Shown: positions 1 to 9,152 of the stretch, one piece after another | How the letters are laid out: every line of letters starts with the position of its first letter | Numbering within the stretch: the first letter of the stretch is position 1 | Source: Planctomycetota bacterium | Lineage (GTDB): Bacteria > Planctomycetota > B15-G4 > SIAN01 | Direction: 5' to 3' | Assembly (NCBI GenBank): GCA_031409275.1 | Contig: JANNXA010000055.1 | Coordinates: forward strand, 144,163 to 208,162 | DNA length: 64,000 nt | Program-made: the position numbers and the translations under genes | Notes under the pieces: generated by a model | Databases searched by the model: none | The model's input: the letters and a program-made list of their open reading frames with translations, nothing else | What the model was told of the DNA's origin: nothing

Positions 1-223
1 GGAGCAGCAGCTCCACCAGATGGTCGTTCACCGGCGGACTCGTCGGCTGGACGATGAAGACGTCCGATCCGCGCAGGTCGTCGTAGATCTTGACGTCGAT
101 CTCGCCATCCGGAAAACGACCGACCGTGAGGCGGCAAAGATCGATGCCGATCGAGTCGGCAATCGCTCGCGCGAGGTGTGGATGGGCGTTGCCCGAAAGC
201 ACCGCGATCTTGTCGCGCGTCAT
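1..223 (-). CDS. prs: Ribose-phosphate pyrophosphokinase (PRPP synthetase), N-terminal part; the gene runs off the window start
   Basis: Reverse-complement translation reads MTRDKIAVLSGNAHPHLARAIADSIGIDLCRLTVGRFPDGEIDVKIYDDLRGSDVFIVQPT, which matches the Prs N-terminus. Its ATG overlaps the glmU stop (ATGA). glmU-prs adjacency is classical. Confidence 0.85.
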   Translation of the reverse strand, partial: MTRDKIAVLSGNAHPHLARAIADSIGIDLCRLTVGRFPDGEIDVKIYDDLRGSDVFIVQPTSPPVNDHLVELLL

Positions 224-1515
224 GTGGTCCCTTCCCGAGTTGGCTTCGGCGCACCGTCGTCGCGTGGCTTGGCGCCGACGGCTCGCGCCGGAACCCCCAC
301 CCACGTGGTCCCGGCCGGTACGTTCTGTCCGCGCGTCACGACGGCACCGGCGCCGGTGGTCGCGTTGTCGCCGATCTCGACCGGCGCGATCAACACGGTA
401 CCGCTGCCGATGAACGCCTTGGCACCGATCTTCGTGCGGTGCTTCGCCTTGCCGTCGTAGTTCGCGGTGATCGTGCCGGCGCCGATGTTGGTCCCGGCCC
501 CGATCGTCGCGTCGCCCAGATAGGTCAGGTGCTTGGCCTTCACGTGAGCGCCAAGATGGCTGGCCTTCACTTCGACGAAGTTGCCGACCTCCGCCCCATC
601 GGAGAGCACCGCTCCGGCGCGCAGGTGCGAGAAGGGGCCCACTTCGCAATCGGCCCCGATCTCGACGCCGGCGCGAATCACGGTGAAAGGGAGGATTCGC
701 GTACGTGCGCCGATCCGCACCTCGTGATCGATGAACACCGAGTCGGGATCCTCGATCTCGACGCCCGCCGCTTGATGCCGCGCGAGGATCCGGCGTCGCA
801 TCCGGCGCCGGCACTCGAGGAGGTCGGCCGGCGTATTGAAGCCGAGCGCTTCCTCAGCATCCGACAGCGGCTGCAGGGCGATCGTGTGGCCCGCCTCGCG
901 GAGCAGTCGATAGGCGTCAGTGAGGTAGTACTCCGACTGCGCATTGTCGGTCCGCACGCTGCGCAGCGCCGCGAACAGGTCGCGCGCGCGAAAAATGGCG
1001 AGACCGCAGTGGACCTCGCGCAGGCTGCGCACCGCGTGGTCCGCGTCCTTCTCTTCGACGATTCGATCGAACGCTCCGTCCTCGGTTCGAACGACGCGAC
1101 CGTAGCCAGTCGGATCGTCGAGCCGCGCTGGCGCCATCGTGCACGCATGGCCTTGCGCGCGGTGCGTTGCGAGCAGCGCCTGCAGCGTCGACGCGCGCAG
1201 CAGCGGACTGTCGCCGAACAGCACGACGAGATCGCCGTCGAACTCTGCGAGCGCCGGCGCGGCGGCGAGGACGGCATGTCCGGTCCCGCGCGGCGTGACC
1301 TGATCGACCCACTCAACGCCGGGAAACCGGCGCACGTAGTCGGCGATGAGTTCCTTGCGGTAGCACGCAACGACGATGGTGCGTACGGGCTGCAGCTCGA
1401 GGGCGGCTTCGATCACGAAGCCCAACGCCGGCGTGCCGCACAACGGTTCGAGCACCTTCGGCCGATTGCCGCCGAGACGCTTGCCTTGTCCGCCAGCGAG
1501 CACCACCACTGCCAA
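220..1515 (-). CDS. glmU: Bifunctional UDP-N-acetylglucosamine pyrophosphorylase / glucosamine-1-phosphate N-acetyltransferase
   Basis: Track ORF 220..1668. The N-terminus LAVVVLAGGQGKRL is the pyrophosphorylase motif. The C-terminal half is rich in left-handed beta-helix hexapeptide repeats (IGAGTNIGAGTITANYDG). The longest ORF adds 51 atypical residues, so I moved the start to the TTG that gives MAVVVLAGG; the start is uncertain. Confidence 0.85.
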   Translation of the reverse strand: MAVVVLAGGQGKRLGGNRPKVLEPLCGTPALGFVIEAALELQPVRTIVVACYRKELIADYVRRFPGVEWVDQVTPRGTGHAVLAAAPALAEFDGDLVVLFGDSPLLRASTLQALLATHRAQGHACTMAPARLDDPTGYGRVVRTEDGAFDRIVEEKDADHAVRSLREVHCGLAIFRARDLFAALRSVRTDNAQSEYYLTDAYRLLREAGHTIALQPLSDAEEALGFNTPADLLECRRRMRRRILARHQAAGVEIEDPDSVFIDHEVRIGARTRILPFTVIRAGVEIGADCEVGPFSHLRAGAVLSDGAEVGNFVEVKASHLGAHVKAKHLTYLGDATIGAGTNIGAGTITANYDGKAKHRTKIGAKAFIGSGTVLIAPVEIGDNATTGAGAVVTRGQNVPAGTTWVGVPARAVGAKPRDDGAPKPTREGTT

Positions 1516-1705
1516 CGGCGGGGACGAGGGCCCTTTGGCGCCAGATTGCGTCGCAGCCTGCGCGATGACCGGTCTCCGCCAAACCTCGGGGGCGGGCGCC
1601 GTCCTGGCGCTCCGTCCGTTCCGGGAAAAAAGGCGAAGGTTCTTAACCGGCACGCTCGATGCGGTCAATTCCGCCGCCCGATGAACCAGCTCCCCCCCGG
1701 CCGAT

Positions 1706-1780
1706 TGGTTCCCCGATCAGGATTCGAACCTGGACTGAGGGATTCAAAGTCCCGCGTGCTACCGATTACACCATCGGGGA
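1706..1780 (-). tRNA. tRNA-Gln (anticodon TTG)
   Basis: The minus-strand sequence TCCCCGATGGTGTAATCGGTAGCACGCGGGACTTTGAATCCCTCAGTCCAGGTTCGAATCCTGATCGGGGAACCA folds as a cloverleaf. It has a 7-bp acceptor stem, the anticodon loop CTTTGAA, a TPsiC arm GGTTCGAATCC, and an encoded CCA. Confidence 0.85.
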
Positions 1781-1988
1781 ATGGGCCGACGAAGCGGCGC
1801 ATCATGGCACCCGCCGAGGCGGACGACAACGCGCAGGCGGCCGTCGATTCGGCGAGTTCGCCTGATTCTCGCTGCCCGTCGCGCGGTGCCGAGGCACTGG
1901 CTCCGGCCGGGGATCGGAAGCTCCGATTCGGCGACGCGGGTCGCCCTGCCCGCCAACGTCACCGCGCCATCGGAGGGCAGAGGACCGC

Positions 1989-3248
1989 TCAAGAGCCTCG
2001 CAGCTGCCGCCGCCAAAGATCGAGCGCCGCGATCACCGCGAACTGCTGGACGGAGTCGCGATCGCCCGGAAACTGGCGCCGCAACGAGGCGGTGCCGCGC
2101 GGGCCCGCGACCGCCAGGTGGACGCACCCGACCGGCGTCGCTTCGCTGCCACCTCCAGGTCCGGCGACGCCGGTCGTCGCGATCCCATAGGTGGCGCCCG
2201 ATCGAGTTCGGATGCCCTCCGCCATCGCCCTCGCGACGGCGTCGCTGACGACGCCGTGCTCCGCGACGAGTTCGAGCGCCACTCCGAGCGCACGATGCTT
2301 GGCCGCCGCGGTGTAGGTCACCGCCGCCTCGAGGAAGACATCCGAGGCACCCGCAACCGAAGTCAGCGCGGCCGCAAGGCGCCCGCCCGTGCATGACTCC
2401 GCCACTGCCACCGTCGCCGGTGCCGCTCGAGCCATTTCGAGGAGCGTCGCTGCAAGCGAGCGATCCCCTTCCGCGAAGACATGTTCCGCAAGCGCTTGGC
2501 GCATGCCGAGCACGCACGCGTCGAGGCGCGCGCGCCCCGCTTCGTCATCGCGATCCGCCGCGCAGATGGAGATCACGCCGTGACGCACGGTGTCCGAGAC
2601 ACGCGGTGGCTCCGGGGATTCCATCCATCGCGCGATCCGTTCGCCCACCACCGACTCGGGCAGACCGACGACCTGCAAGAGGACTTCGCGAAACGGCGCG
2701 GCGCCGAGCCGCTCGCGGATCCAAGGCAGCACCGATTGCTCGATCATCGGTCGCAGCTCGCCGGGGACGCCTGGCAGCGCGAAGAGCGTCGCTCGCTGCA
2801 GCGCCAGCATGATCCCCGGCGCCGACCCGCGCGGATTGGCGATCGGTCGCGCGCCGAGCGGCACCATCGATTGCCGCTCATTGCTCGGCGACGGCGCTCG
2901 ACCGAGCTTCTTGAAGTACTCCCCGACCTGCCGGCCCGCCTCCGCATCGACGATCAACGGAACTCCGGCCGCCTGCGCGATGGCGTCGCGCGTGCGATCA
3001 TCCGCGGTCGGCCCGAGTCCACCACCGATGATCAGCAGATCGACCCGCTCGGTCAGCTCGCGCACGGCGGACGCGATCGCGGTCAGTTGATCACCGACGA
3101 TGCGAATCTCGGCGAGTTCCACGCCGAGCGCGCGCAGCTGCCGCGCGATCCATGCCGAGTTGGTGTCGACCACGGCGCCGCAGACAAGCTCTTCACCCGT
3201 CGCGAGCAGCGCGGCCGTGCGAACCGTCGCCGAGCGATCGGCGGTCAC
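1989..3248 (-). CDS. cinA: CinA-family competence/damage-inducible protein (N-terminal MoCF-binding domain plus C-terminal nicotinamide-nucleotide amidohydrolase PncC domain)
   Basis: The N-terminal motif is LLATGEELVCGAVVDTNS. The C-terminal CinA_C motif is AESCTGGRLAAALTSVAGASDVFLEAAVTYTAAAKHRALGV. The track ORF 1989..3854 has an implausible 200-aa Arg-rich extension, so I set the start at a GTG whose codon overlaps the tatC stop (GTGA). Confidence 0.8.
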   Translation of the reverse strand: MTADRSATVRTAALLATGEELVCGAVVDTNSAWIARQLRALGVELAEIRIVGDQLTAIASAVRELTERVDLLIIGGGLGPTADDRTRDAIAQAAGVPLIVDAEAGRQVGEYFKKLGRAPSPSNERQSMVPLGARPIANPRGSAPGIMLALQRATLFALPGVPGELRPMIEQSVLPWIRERLGAAPFREVLLQVVGLPESVVGERIARWMESPEPPRVSDTVRHGVISICAADRDDEAGRARLDACVLGMRQALAEHVFAEGDRSLAATLLEMARAAPATVAVAESCTGGRLAAALTSVAGASDVFLEAAVTYTAAAKHRALGVALELVAEHGVVSDAVARAMAEGIRTRSGATYGIATTGVAGPGGGSEATPVGCVHLAVAGPRGTASLRRQFPGDRDSVQQFAVIAALDLWRRQLRGS

Positions 3249-4180
3249 GACGCGCTCTCTCGCTGCCGGACCGCGCGCAACCGCGCGGCGCTCTTGGCGA
3301 GCAGCAGTCCGATCTCGAACAAGACGAGCATCGGCACCGCGACGAGCATCTGCGAGACGTAGTCCGGCGGCGTGATCACCGCCGCGATGATGAAGATCGC
3401 GAGGATGCAGTGGCGCCGTTTGCCGCGATAGAACTCCGGCCCGACCAGCCCCGTGCTCGAAAGCACCCACATCACCAACGGGATCTGGAAGACGAGCCCC
3501 ATCACCAGCAAGAGCAGGAACAGCAGGCCGAGGTACGAGCCGATCGCCACCTGCGGCCGCACGAACGTCGGATCGCCGTAGCCCACCAGGAAGCGCACCG
3601 AGAGCTCGGCCAGGACGAAGTAGCCGAACGCGAGACCGACGAAGAAAAAGAGCAGCGAGACCGGGAGCACCCTCCCGACCATGCGCTTCTCGGCGTCGTA
3701 GAGCCCCTCGGCAACGAACCGCCACAGCTCGTAGAGCAACACCGGCGCCGACACGATCAAGGCCGCCAGCAGGCACTCGAGCATGTAGGCGCTGAACGCC
3801 TCGAGCGTTCCGACCGCCTGCAGTTGCGAGAGCGACGGCGGCGGCTCGCGCCACTCGACCGCCTGGAGCGTGCTCAGTTCCGCGAAGTCGGTGTCATCGA
3901 GCAGGCTCTTGCGATGGAGTCGCTCGATCAGCAGGTCGACCGTACGTTTGATCGGGTGCTCTGGCGCCGGTCGCGCCAGCCACTTCTCGGCGAACTCCGC
4001 ATTCAACGAGGCCCGCGCGCGCTCGTAAGGGCGCGTGAAGAACTCCATGAGCGATTCCTGAAACGCGAACGCGGCGGCAAATGCCACCGCGAACGCGAGG
4101 ATTCCTCTCATGAGACGCCGGCGCAGCTCCTCGAGGTGCTCGCCGAACGTCATCCGGACGTCGTCAGGGGCGAGACTCAC
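3245..4180 (-). CDS. tatC: Sec-independent (Tat) protein translocase subunit TatC
   Basis: MTFGEHLEELRRRL is the TatC N-terminal signature, and the protein is a six-TM polytopic membrane protein. Its start overlaps the upstream gene's stop (ATGA). Confidence 0.9.
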   Translation of the reverse strand: MSLAPDDVRMTFGEHLEELRRRLMRGILAFAVAFAAAFAFQESLMEFFTRPYERARASLNAEFAEKWLARPAPEHPIKRTVDLLIERLHRKSLLDDTDFAELSTLQAVEWREPPPSLSQLQAVGTLEAFSAYMLECLLAALIVSAPVLLYELWRFVAEGLYDAEKRMVGRVLPVSLLFFFVGLAFGYFVLAELSVRFLVGYGDPTFVRPQVAIGSYLGLLFLLLLVMGLVFQIPLVMWVLSSTGLVGPEFYRGKRRHCILAIFIIAAVITPPDYVSQMLVAVPMLVLFEIGLLLAKSAARLRAVRQRESAS

Positions 4181-5445
4181 TCGTACTTGAGGAACTCAAG
4201 GATCTCGCGCACCGGGAGCACCTGAACGCGATAGAGCTGCGCGAGCTGCATCTCGGCCGATTCGGAAGAACCGGCATCGGAGCCATCGCCTTCCGCCGCC
4301 GCGTCCGCCTCGCCGCTCGCCGCAGCCGGCTCGGCGTCACCCATCACCAGGAAGTCCGTGGTCGGACCCACCTTCTCGGAGACGTTGGCGCCCAGAGCGC
4401 GGAGCCGGTCGGCGACCATGGCACGCGAGTAGCCCGACGGGAAGCGACCGGTGAGGACGAACTCGCGCGGCATCTCCGGGTCGTAGTTCGGAGCCGAGAT
4501 CTTGTCGCCGCGAGAAATCGGGTCGAAGCGATCCTTCAGATCGACCACGGTGCACTCGGCCATCGCCTCGTTCACCGAGGAGACCTCGACCATCCCCTTC
4601 TCGCGCATCGCGCCGTTCTTGCCGTAGGTGAAGACCTTGAAGCGCGTTCCGCGACGCAGCAACTGCTTGCTGCCGAGATCGATGTAGCAGGTGTTCGCGG
4701 TGCTGACCGCGACGACGGAGCCGTCCGGCTCATCCGGAAGGCGGATCACTTCGAGCTTCTTCGACATCTCCGCGATGCGGCCCTCGCGCTTGCGGACATC
4801 GTCATTCAGCGCGGCGACCTGCTTCTCGAGCTCTTCCTTCTCGGCGCGGGCGCGCGCTTCGGCAGCGTTCAGGCGCCCGTTGAGCTCTTCGATGCGGGTT
4901 TTGTCCGACGTCTCCTGCGCGCCATTGCGATCGCGCTCGTCGGAGAGCTGGCGCTGCACTGCCGCCGTCGCTTCATCCTTCTGGCGCGTCATGTCGCGCA
5001 GGTTCTGTTCGGTCGACGCGCGCGACGCTTCGGCCGTCGTTTGCGCCTGCTTGGCTTCGGCGAGCTGACGCGTCAGGTCATTGACCTGCGCCTCGAATCG
5101 CTCGACCACGCGAGCGAGGTTCGACGCGTCCTTGCCGACGAAACCGTAGCTCTCCTGGAGCGCGGTCAGGCGGCCTTTGATCTCGTCCGGACGCGCATCC
5201 GAGTTCGGATCGGTCTCGTCACGGAAGCCGACGTGCTGGGCGAGGGCGCGGACCTTGCCGGCCGACTCCTCGTACTTGGCACGCGCCTGCGCTTCGAGAG
5301 TCTGCGCGTCCTTGACCTTCTTCTCGTTGTCCGCCTTCTCAGAGGCGAGCACGTAGATGCCGGCGCCGGCAAAGAGCACGAGCGCGAGCAACACGATGAC
5401 CCAAATGACGCCAACAGTCGCGGCCCCGCGGATTCGGCGGTTCAT
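4177..5445 (-). CDS. Membrane-anchored coiled-coil protein with a C-terminal BRCT domain
   Basis: It has an N-terminal TM helix (VGVIWVIVLLALVLFAGAGIYVL) and a long Glu/Arg/Ala coiled-coil middle. The C-terminus FVLTGRFPSGYSRAMVADRLRALGANVSEKVGPTTDFLVMGD matches the BRCT domain of NAD-dependent ligases. It is translationally coupled to tatC. Confidence 0.7.
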   Translation of the reverse strand: MNRRIRGAATVGVIWVIVLLALVLFAGAGIYVLASEKADNEKKVKDAQTLEAQARAKYEESAGKVRALAQHVGFRDETDPNSDARPDEIKGRLTALQESYGFVGKDASNLARVVERFEAQVNDLTRQLAEAKQAQTTAEASRASTEQNLRDMTRQKDEATAAVQRQLSDERDRNGAQETSDKTRIEELNGRLNAAEARARAEKEELEKQVAALNDDVRKREGRIAEMSKKLEVIRLPDEPDGSVVAVSTANTCYIDLGSKQLLRRGTRFKVFTYGKNGAMREKGMVEVSSVNEAMAECTVVDLKDRFDPISRGDKISAPNYDPEMPREFVLTGRFPSGYSRAMVADRLRALGANVSEKVGPTTDFLVMGDAEPAAASGEADAAAEGDGSDAGSSESAEMQLAQLYRVQVLPVREILEFLKYE

Positions 5446-5717
5446 TCAGAAGCTCCAGGCGGTTCAAGACGCAAGCTACGAGTCCGACGAACAGGCTGCC
5501 CGCAGAGCTGCGGGCCTGGGAGCGCGCTCTAGGTGACCAGCAGCCGCGCGGCAACGCCGCAGCGACCGATGCCCCTCCCGGAACGTCGTCCCGACGCCTC
5601 TTCCAGGCGACCTCCAATCGCACGCAAACCGTTACTGCAGCGTAGGATCGGCGGGCCGCCGCGGAAGCGCGGGATTAAACGGCTGTCGTTCTGGGGTGTC
5701 AAGCGGGAGAGCCGGGA

Positions 5718-6398
5718 GTGTCGACGCCGCCGTCCGCCGCTCCGAATCCCGCGCCGTCCCGGCGACCGATCGTGATCGGCCTCCTCGGCGGCATCGGCAG
5801 CGGCAAGAGCAGCGTGGCGCGGATGCTCGCGGCGTTGGGAGCCGAGTGGCTCGACGCCGACGCCATCGCCCACTCCGTGCTCGACGAGCCGGAGATCGTC
5901 GCGGCCGTTTGCAAGCGGCACGGCGCCGCCACGCTGCTGCCCGGAACTCCGGCGCGCGTCGATCGCGCCGCGCTCGGCCGTCGGGTCTTTGACGACCGCG
6001 ACGCACTGCGCCACCTCGAAGCGCTGCTCCACCCCCGCGTGCTGGAACTACTCGAGCAGCGACTCGACTCGTTGCGCCAGCGCGGCGAAGTACCGGCGAT
6101 CCTCCTCGACGTCCCGCTCCTGCTCGAAACGGGGCAACTCGCGGCGCGCTGCGACCTGCTGCTCTTCGTCGACAGTCCCGCCGAGGAGCGTCTGCAGCGC
6201 GTCGTCGAGCGTCGCCGCTGGTCCCCCGCGGAACTCGCGCGGCGCGAGGCGCTGCAGCTGCCGCTCGCGCAGAAGCGCGCCGCCGCGGACCAGGTTCTGG
6301 TGAACGACGGCAACGAGGCAGGCCTTTCAGAGCGCGTCCGAGCGTGGCTGTCGGGCGCGGGCGGATTCGAGGGGCTGCCGCGCCGCAAGAGGGGCTGA
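5718..6398 (+). CDS. coaE: Dephospho-CoA kinase
   Basis: The P-loop IGLLGGIGSGKSS matches the CoaE motif, and the protein has typical CoaE length and layout. Confidence 0.85.
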   Translation: MSTPPSAAPNPAPSRRPIVIGLLGGIGSGKSSVARMLAALGAEWLDADAIAHSVLDEPEIVAAVCKRHGAATLLPGTPARVDRAALGRRVFDDRDALRHLEALLHPRVLELLEQRLDSLRQRGEVPAILLDVPLLLETGQLAARCDLLLFVDSPAEERLQRVVERRRWSPAELARREALQLPLAQKRAAADQVLVNDGNEAGLSERVRAWLSGAGGFEGLPRRKRG

Positions 6399-6711
6399 AC
6401 CGCGCGCGATCGTGACATCCGCGGCCCTCGTCAACGAGCGAGGCACGGCTACCATCGCTCGCGGACGTCCGGCCCAACTTCGGCCCAAGTCCCAACCCGT
6501 GTCCCGAATCGATCTCCCCGGATGGAGCTTGTCGATGCAACGAAGTCACGCGCTCAAGCTCGGCGCGATCCTGCTTGGATCGTGCCTTGCCCTGATGCCG
6601 GAGTCGTTTGGCTACGGCTGAGGTCCTGGATGCGGCTCCGGAGGAGCTGGCGGTTCGTCGGGTGGCGCGAGCGGAGGCGGAGGACCCTCGGCCGGATCAG
6701 GAGGCGCTGGC

Positions 6712-7281
6712 GTGCGCTCCGGCGGAGGCGGCTTTGGCCGACGCAAGCCCTCCTCGACGGGCAGCGGAGATGGCGGCGGATCGGGCGATCTCTTCACGCC
6801 GGGGCAGGACGGCAACCTGTCGTGGAACGGGACGCAGCCGATCGCCAACAAGCCGATCCTCGTCTACGTCTTCGATGGCCACATCTACGACGGCAGCGTC
6901 TTCGACTTCAGCAAGCGGATCGAGACCGAACTGCTGAAAGACCCGCAGGTCATCAAGGAAGCACGCGACTTCGTGTGCGAGAAGGTCTGCGTCGGAGATC
7001 ACGAGTTCCTGCGCAAGGTGAAGGGGCGCGAAGCTCTCACCGCGTATCTCACCGCGAACCTCGCCAAGCCCGAACAGCGCAAAGTGCAGCTCTTCTTCCT
7101 CGATTCGACCGGACAGTGGATCTCGACCTTCAACGACCCGAAGGCGATCAAGGAAGGCGCGCCAGCGCTGTTGCGTGAGATGCGCAAGGCGAAGGAAGAA
7201 AACGCCAAGCGACTCGCCGCTCTCGCGGCGAAGGCCGCCGCACCGGCCGCCGGAAAAGGGACGGGCGCCAAGAAAGAGTGA
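6712..7281 (+). CDS. Hypothetical Lys-rich protein; probably the mature portion of a lipoprotein whose signal peptide (6535..6621) lies in the same frame but is separated by an in-frame TGA
   Basis: This is track ORF 6712..7281. The same frame upstream encodes MQRSHALKLGAILLGSCLALMPESFGYG, then TGA, then a Gly/Ser linker running into this ORF. There is a CEKVC motif and a Lys/Ala-rich tail. Confidence 0.5.
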   Translation: MRSGGGGFGRRKPSSTGSGDGGGSGDLFTPGQDGNLSWNGTQPIANKPILVYVFDGHIYDGSVFDFSKRIETELLKDPQVIKEARDFVCEKVCVGDHEFLRKVKGREALTAYLTANLAKPEQRKVQLFFLDSTGQWISTFNDPKAIKEGAPALLREMRKAKEENAKRLAALAAKAAAPAAGKGTGAKKE

Positions 7282-7344
7282 GCCGATTCAGCGAATCTGC
7301 GCCCCGGGTCGCCGCGCGCGATCCGGGGCGCAGTCGTTTGATGG

Positions 7345-8355
7345 CTAGCCCCCGCCCTTGCGTGGTGGCGATTTCGGGTCGTCGGCCGGCAGCTTGTCGA
7401 GCTGCTTCTGCGCATCGGCTGCGACTGGCAGTCCCTTCATCCCGCGCACGACGTTCGCGAGCCGCTTCCTCGCGGCGGCGCGATCGCCCGCGCGCGCGAC
7501 TTCGAGCGCTTCCTCGATCTGCCCCTCCGCCTCCTCGATCAACGCGGCCTGCAACTCCCCGATCCACTGCGCCAACGCGGCGGTCTTGAGCGGCCGCGGC
7601 AGCGACGCGTCCTTGATCCCCTTCTGCTCGGCGATCAGGAGCTTCCCAAGCTCGCGATGAACGAAGCTGCCGCCACGCTTCTCGCGTTGATCGATCAATG
7701 CGCGGACCGAAGCGAGCAGCGCCGCGTACTCGCCGTAGCTGAAGCTTGGGTGTGCCCGATCCTTGTTGGCGTGAGCCAGTTCCTCCTCCAAGCGCTCGAT
7801 CGTGAGCTGATGGCCCTCCGCTCGCGCGCGCTCCAAGCCATCGGCGCCGACGAAGACATGCAGCGGATTCCAATACTCGCGCTGCGCGAACTCGTCGCGA
7901 ACCTTCACGTAGCTCGCGCGATGCTCGTCGCACGCGCAGTCGAAGAGGTCGCACCAGTCGATGGAAGCGTTCGCCGCGACGCGAGGCTTCGATGGATGTG
8001 CCTTGCCATCGAATGCCGCGAGCAGCACCACTTTCTGCGACAAAGCGCCGAATCCAGGCTTCGAGTAGACCGCGCTGCTCATCGACTTGAAGCCCGAGCT
8101 TTGATCGTCGCTGAGCACGGCGAGCACCGGCACGTTGCGCCGCGTCGCCTCATCGAGCGCGCCGTACCAATCGCCCGTCCAACGCACCTCGTCGGCCTTG
8201 CGCTCGCGCGGCACCTCGAACTCGAGTCGGCGCCGCGCGCTCTGGGTCAGCGGGCTGATGAAGTCGTCGATACTGCGGCTCGGACACGGCGACGCGAGCG
8301 GGGCGAACGCGAGAGTGGCGGCAGCGAAGCCCCACCGGAGTCGATTGACGGCCAT
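7345..8355 (-). CDS. Secreted hypothetical protein, last gene of the Bat-like cluster (BatD/E-like position)
   Basis: MAVNRLRWGFAAATLAFAPLASP is a Sec signal peptide. The track ORF 7345..9030 has an N-terminal shadow extension, so the start is set at this ATG. Confidence 0.6.
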   Translation of the reverse strand: MAVNRLRWGFAAATLAFAPLASPCPSRSIDDFISPLTQSARRRLEFEVPRERKADEVRWTGDWYGALDEATRRNVPVLAVLSDDQSSGFKSMSSAVYSKPGFGALSQKVVLLAAFDGKAHPSKPRVAANASIDWCDLFDCACDEHRASYVKVRDEFAQREYWNPLHVFVGADGLERARAEGHQLTIERLEEELAHANKDRAHPSFSYGEYAALLASVRALIDQREKRGGSFVHRELGKLLIAEQKGIKDASLPRPLKTAALAQWIGELQAALIEEAEGQIEEALEVARAGDRAAARKRLANVVRGMKGLPVAADAQKQLDKLPADDPKSPPRKGGG

Positions 8356-8393
8356 GGCAGCTCCAGTCGACGGCGAGTTCGGATGGACACTAG

Positions 8394-9152
8394 CTAGTGG
8401 CGCCGGCCCGGCGCGCGCTCCAACGCCGCCTCCGCACGGCGCGCGTCCGCAGCCCGTTGCTCGGAACGCACCTGCTCGAGCTGCTCTGCGACTTTTTCGC
8501 GCATCGCCACGTCGGTTGCGCCGCCTCGCAGTGCGCGCTCGCCCCCCGGGGCGCCGCCGCCCTCGTCCTCGCCGCTGCTCGAACCACCGGTCTTGCCTGG
8601 CGCGCCTACCGCCGCCCGCGCCGCCGCTGCGCCGGGCTTGAGCGGGCCGCGCGCTCCGCTGCGAGCGGCCGCCGCCGCCGCCGCTGCAGCCTCGCCCGCC
8701 CGCTCCCACGCCTTGTCGCCCTCCTCGGCAGCGCGCAGACCGGCAACGACCCCCGCCAGGCTCGCCATCACTCCGGAGTCGCTCGAACGCTCGATCGCCA
8801 ACTCCGCGAGCGCCGCACGGGCAAGTCGCAGGTCGGCCGCGATCGCGCCCCACTGAGCGCGCGCGTCGGCGACGGCTTTGGTGGTCGGCCGTCTCGGCGG
8901 CTCGCCAGGACGCGGCCGAACGCGCGCTCGCTCGAATCGCGTGCGCGCGAAATCGAAGGTCGCGGCCCGCGCCAGCGAACGATCGGGCGCGTCGCAAAGC
9001 GGCGCGAATCGATCCGCGGCCTGATCCCATTCGCCCGCCTCGGCCAGCGCCAACGCCTGCTCGAAGGCGTTCGAAAGCGACCCGGCGACTTCCTCACCCG
9101 GAGTTCCCGATCGCATCAGGAACACGCACAGCGACGTCAGCAGCGACCTCAT
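8394..9152 (-). CDS. Secreted TPR-like protein (BatC-like)
   Basis: The signal peptide is MRSLLTSLCVFLM. The protein is Ala/Glu-rich with helical repeats. Its start overlaps the stop of the upstream VWA gene (ATGA). Confidence 0.6.
   Translation of the reverse strand: MRSLLTSLCVFLMRSGTPGEEVAGSLSNAFEQALALAEAGEWDQAADRFAPLCDAPDRSLARAATFDFARTRFERARVRPRPGEPPRRPTTKAVADARAQWGAIAADLRLARAALAELAIERSSDSGVMASLAGVVAGLRAAEEGDKAWERAGEAAAAAAAAARSGARGPLKPGAAAARAAVGAPGKTGGSSSGEDEGGGAPGGERALRGGATDVAMREKVAEQLEQVRSEQRAADARRAEAALERAPGRRH

Noticed and set aside
178-2190. A 670-aa plus-strand ORF and many similar long Arg/Ala/Gly/Pro-rich ORFs on the opposite strand or in alternate frames (for example 5632..6549 -, 14149..15258 +, 36950..38122 +, 40218..41951 -, 55139..56971 +, 57150..59093 +).
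   Set aside because: They overlap well-supported genes (glmU, the HEAT protein, the 774-aa protein, the carboxypeptidase-regulatory protein, the SGNH hydrolase, the DUF255 protein). Their composition is low-complexity Arg/Pro/Gly, typical of shadow ORFs in roughly 70% GC DNA, and they carry no recognisable motifs.
6619-6700. Selenocysteine insertion at the in-frame TGA of the lipoprotein gene.
   Set aside because: I found no convincing stem-loop immediately 3' of the UGA (only a weak, distant GGTCCT/AGGACC pairing), and the context is a flexible Gly/Ser linker rather than a redox motif. I kept it only as a low-probability alternative in the finding.
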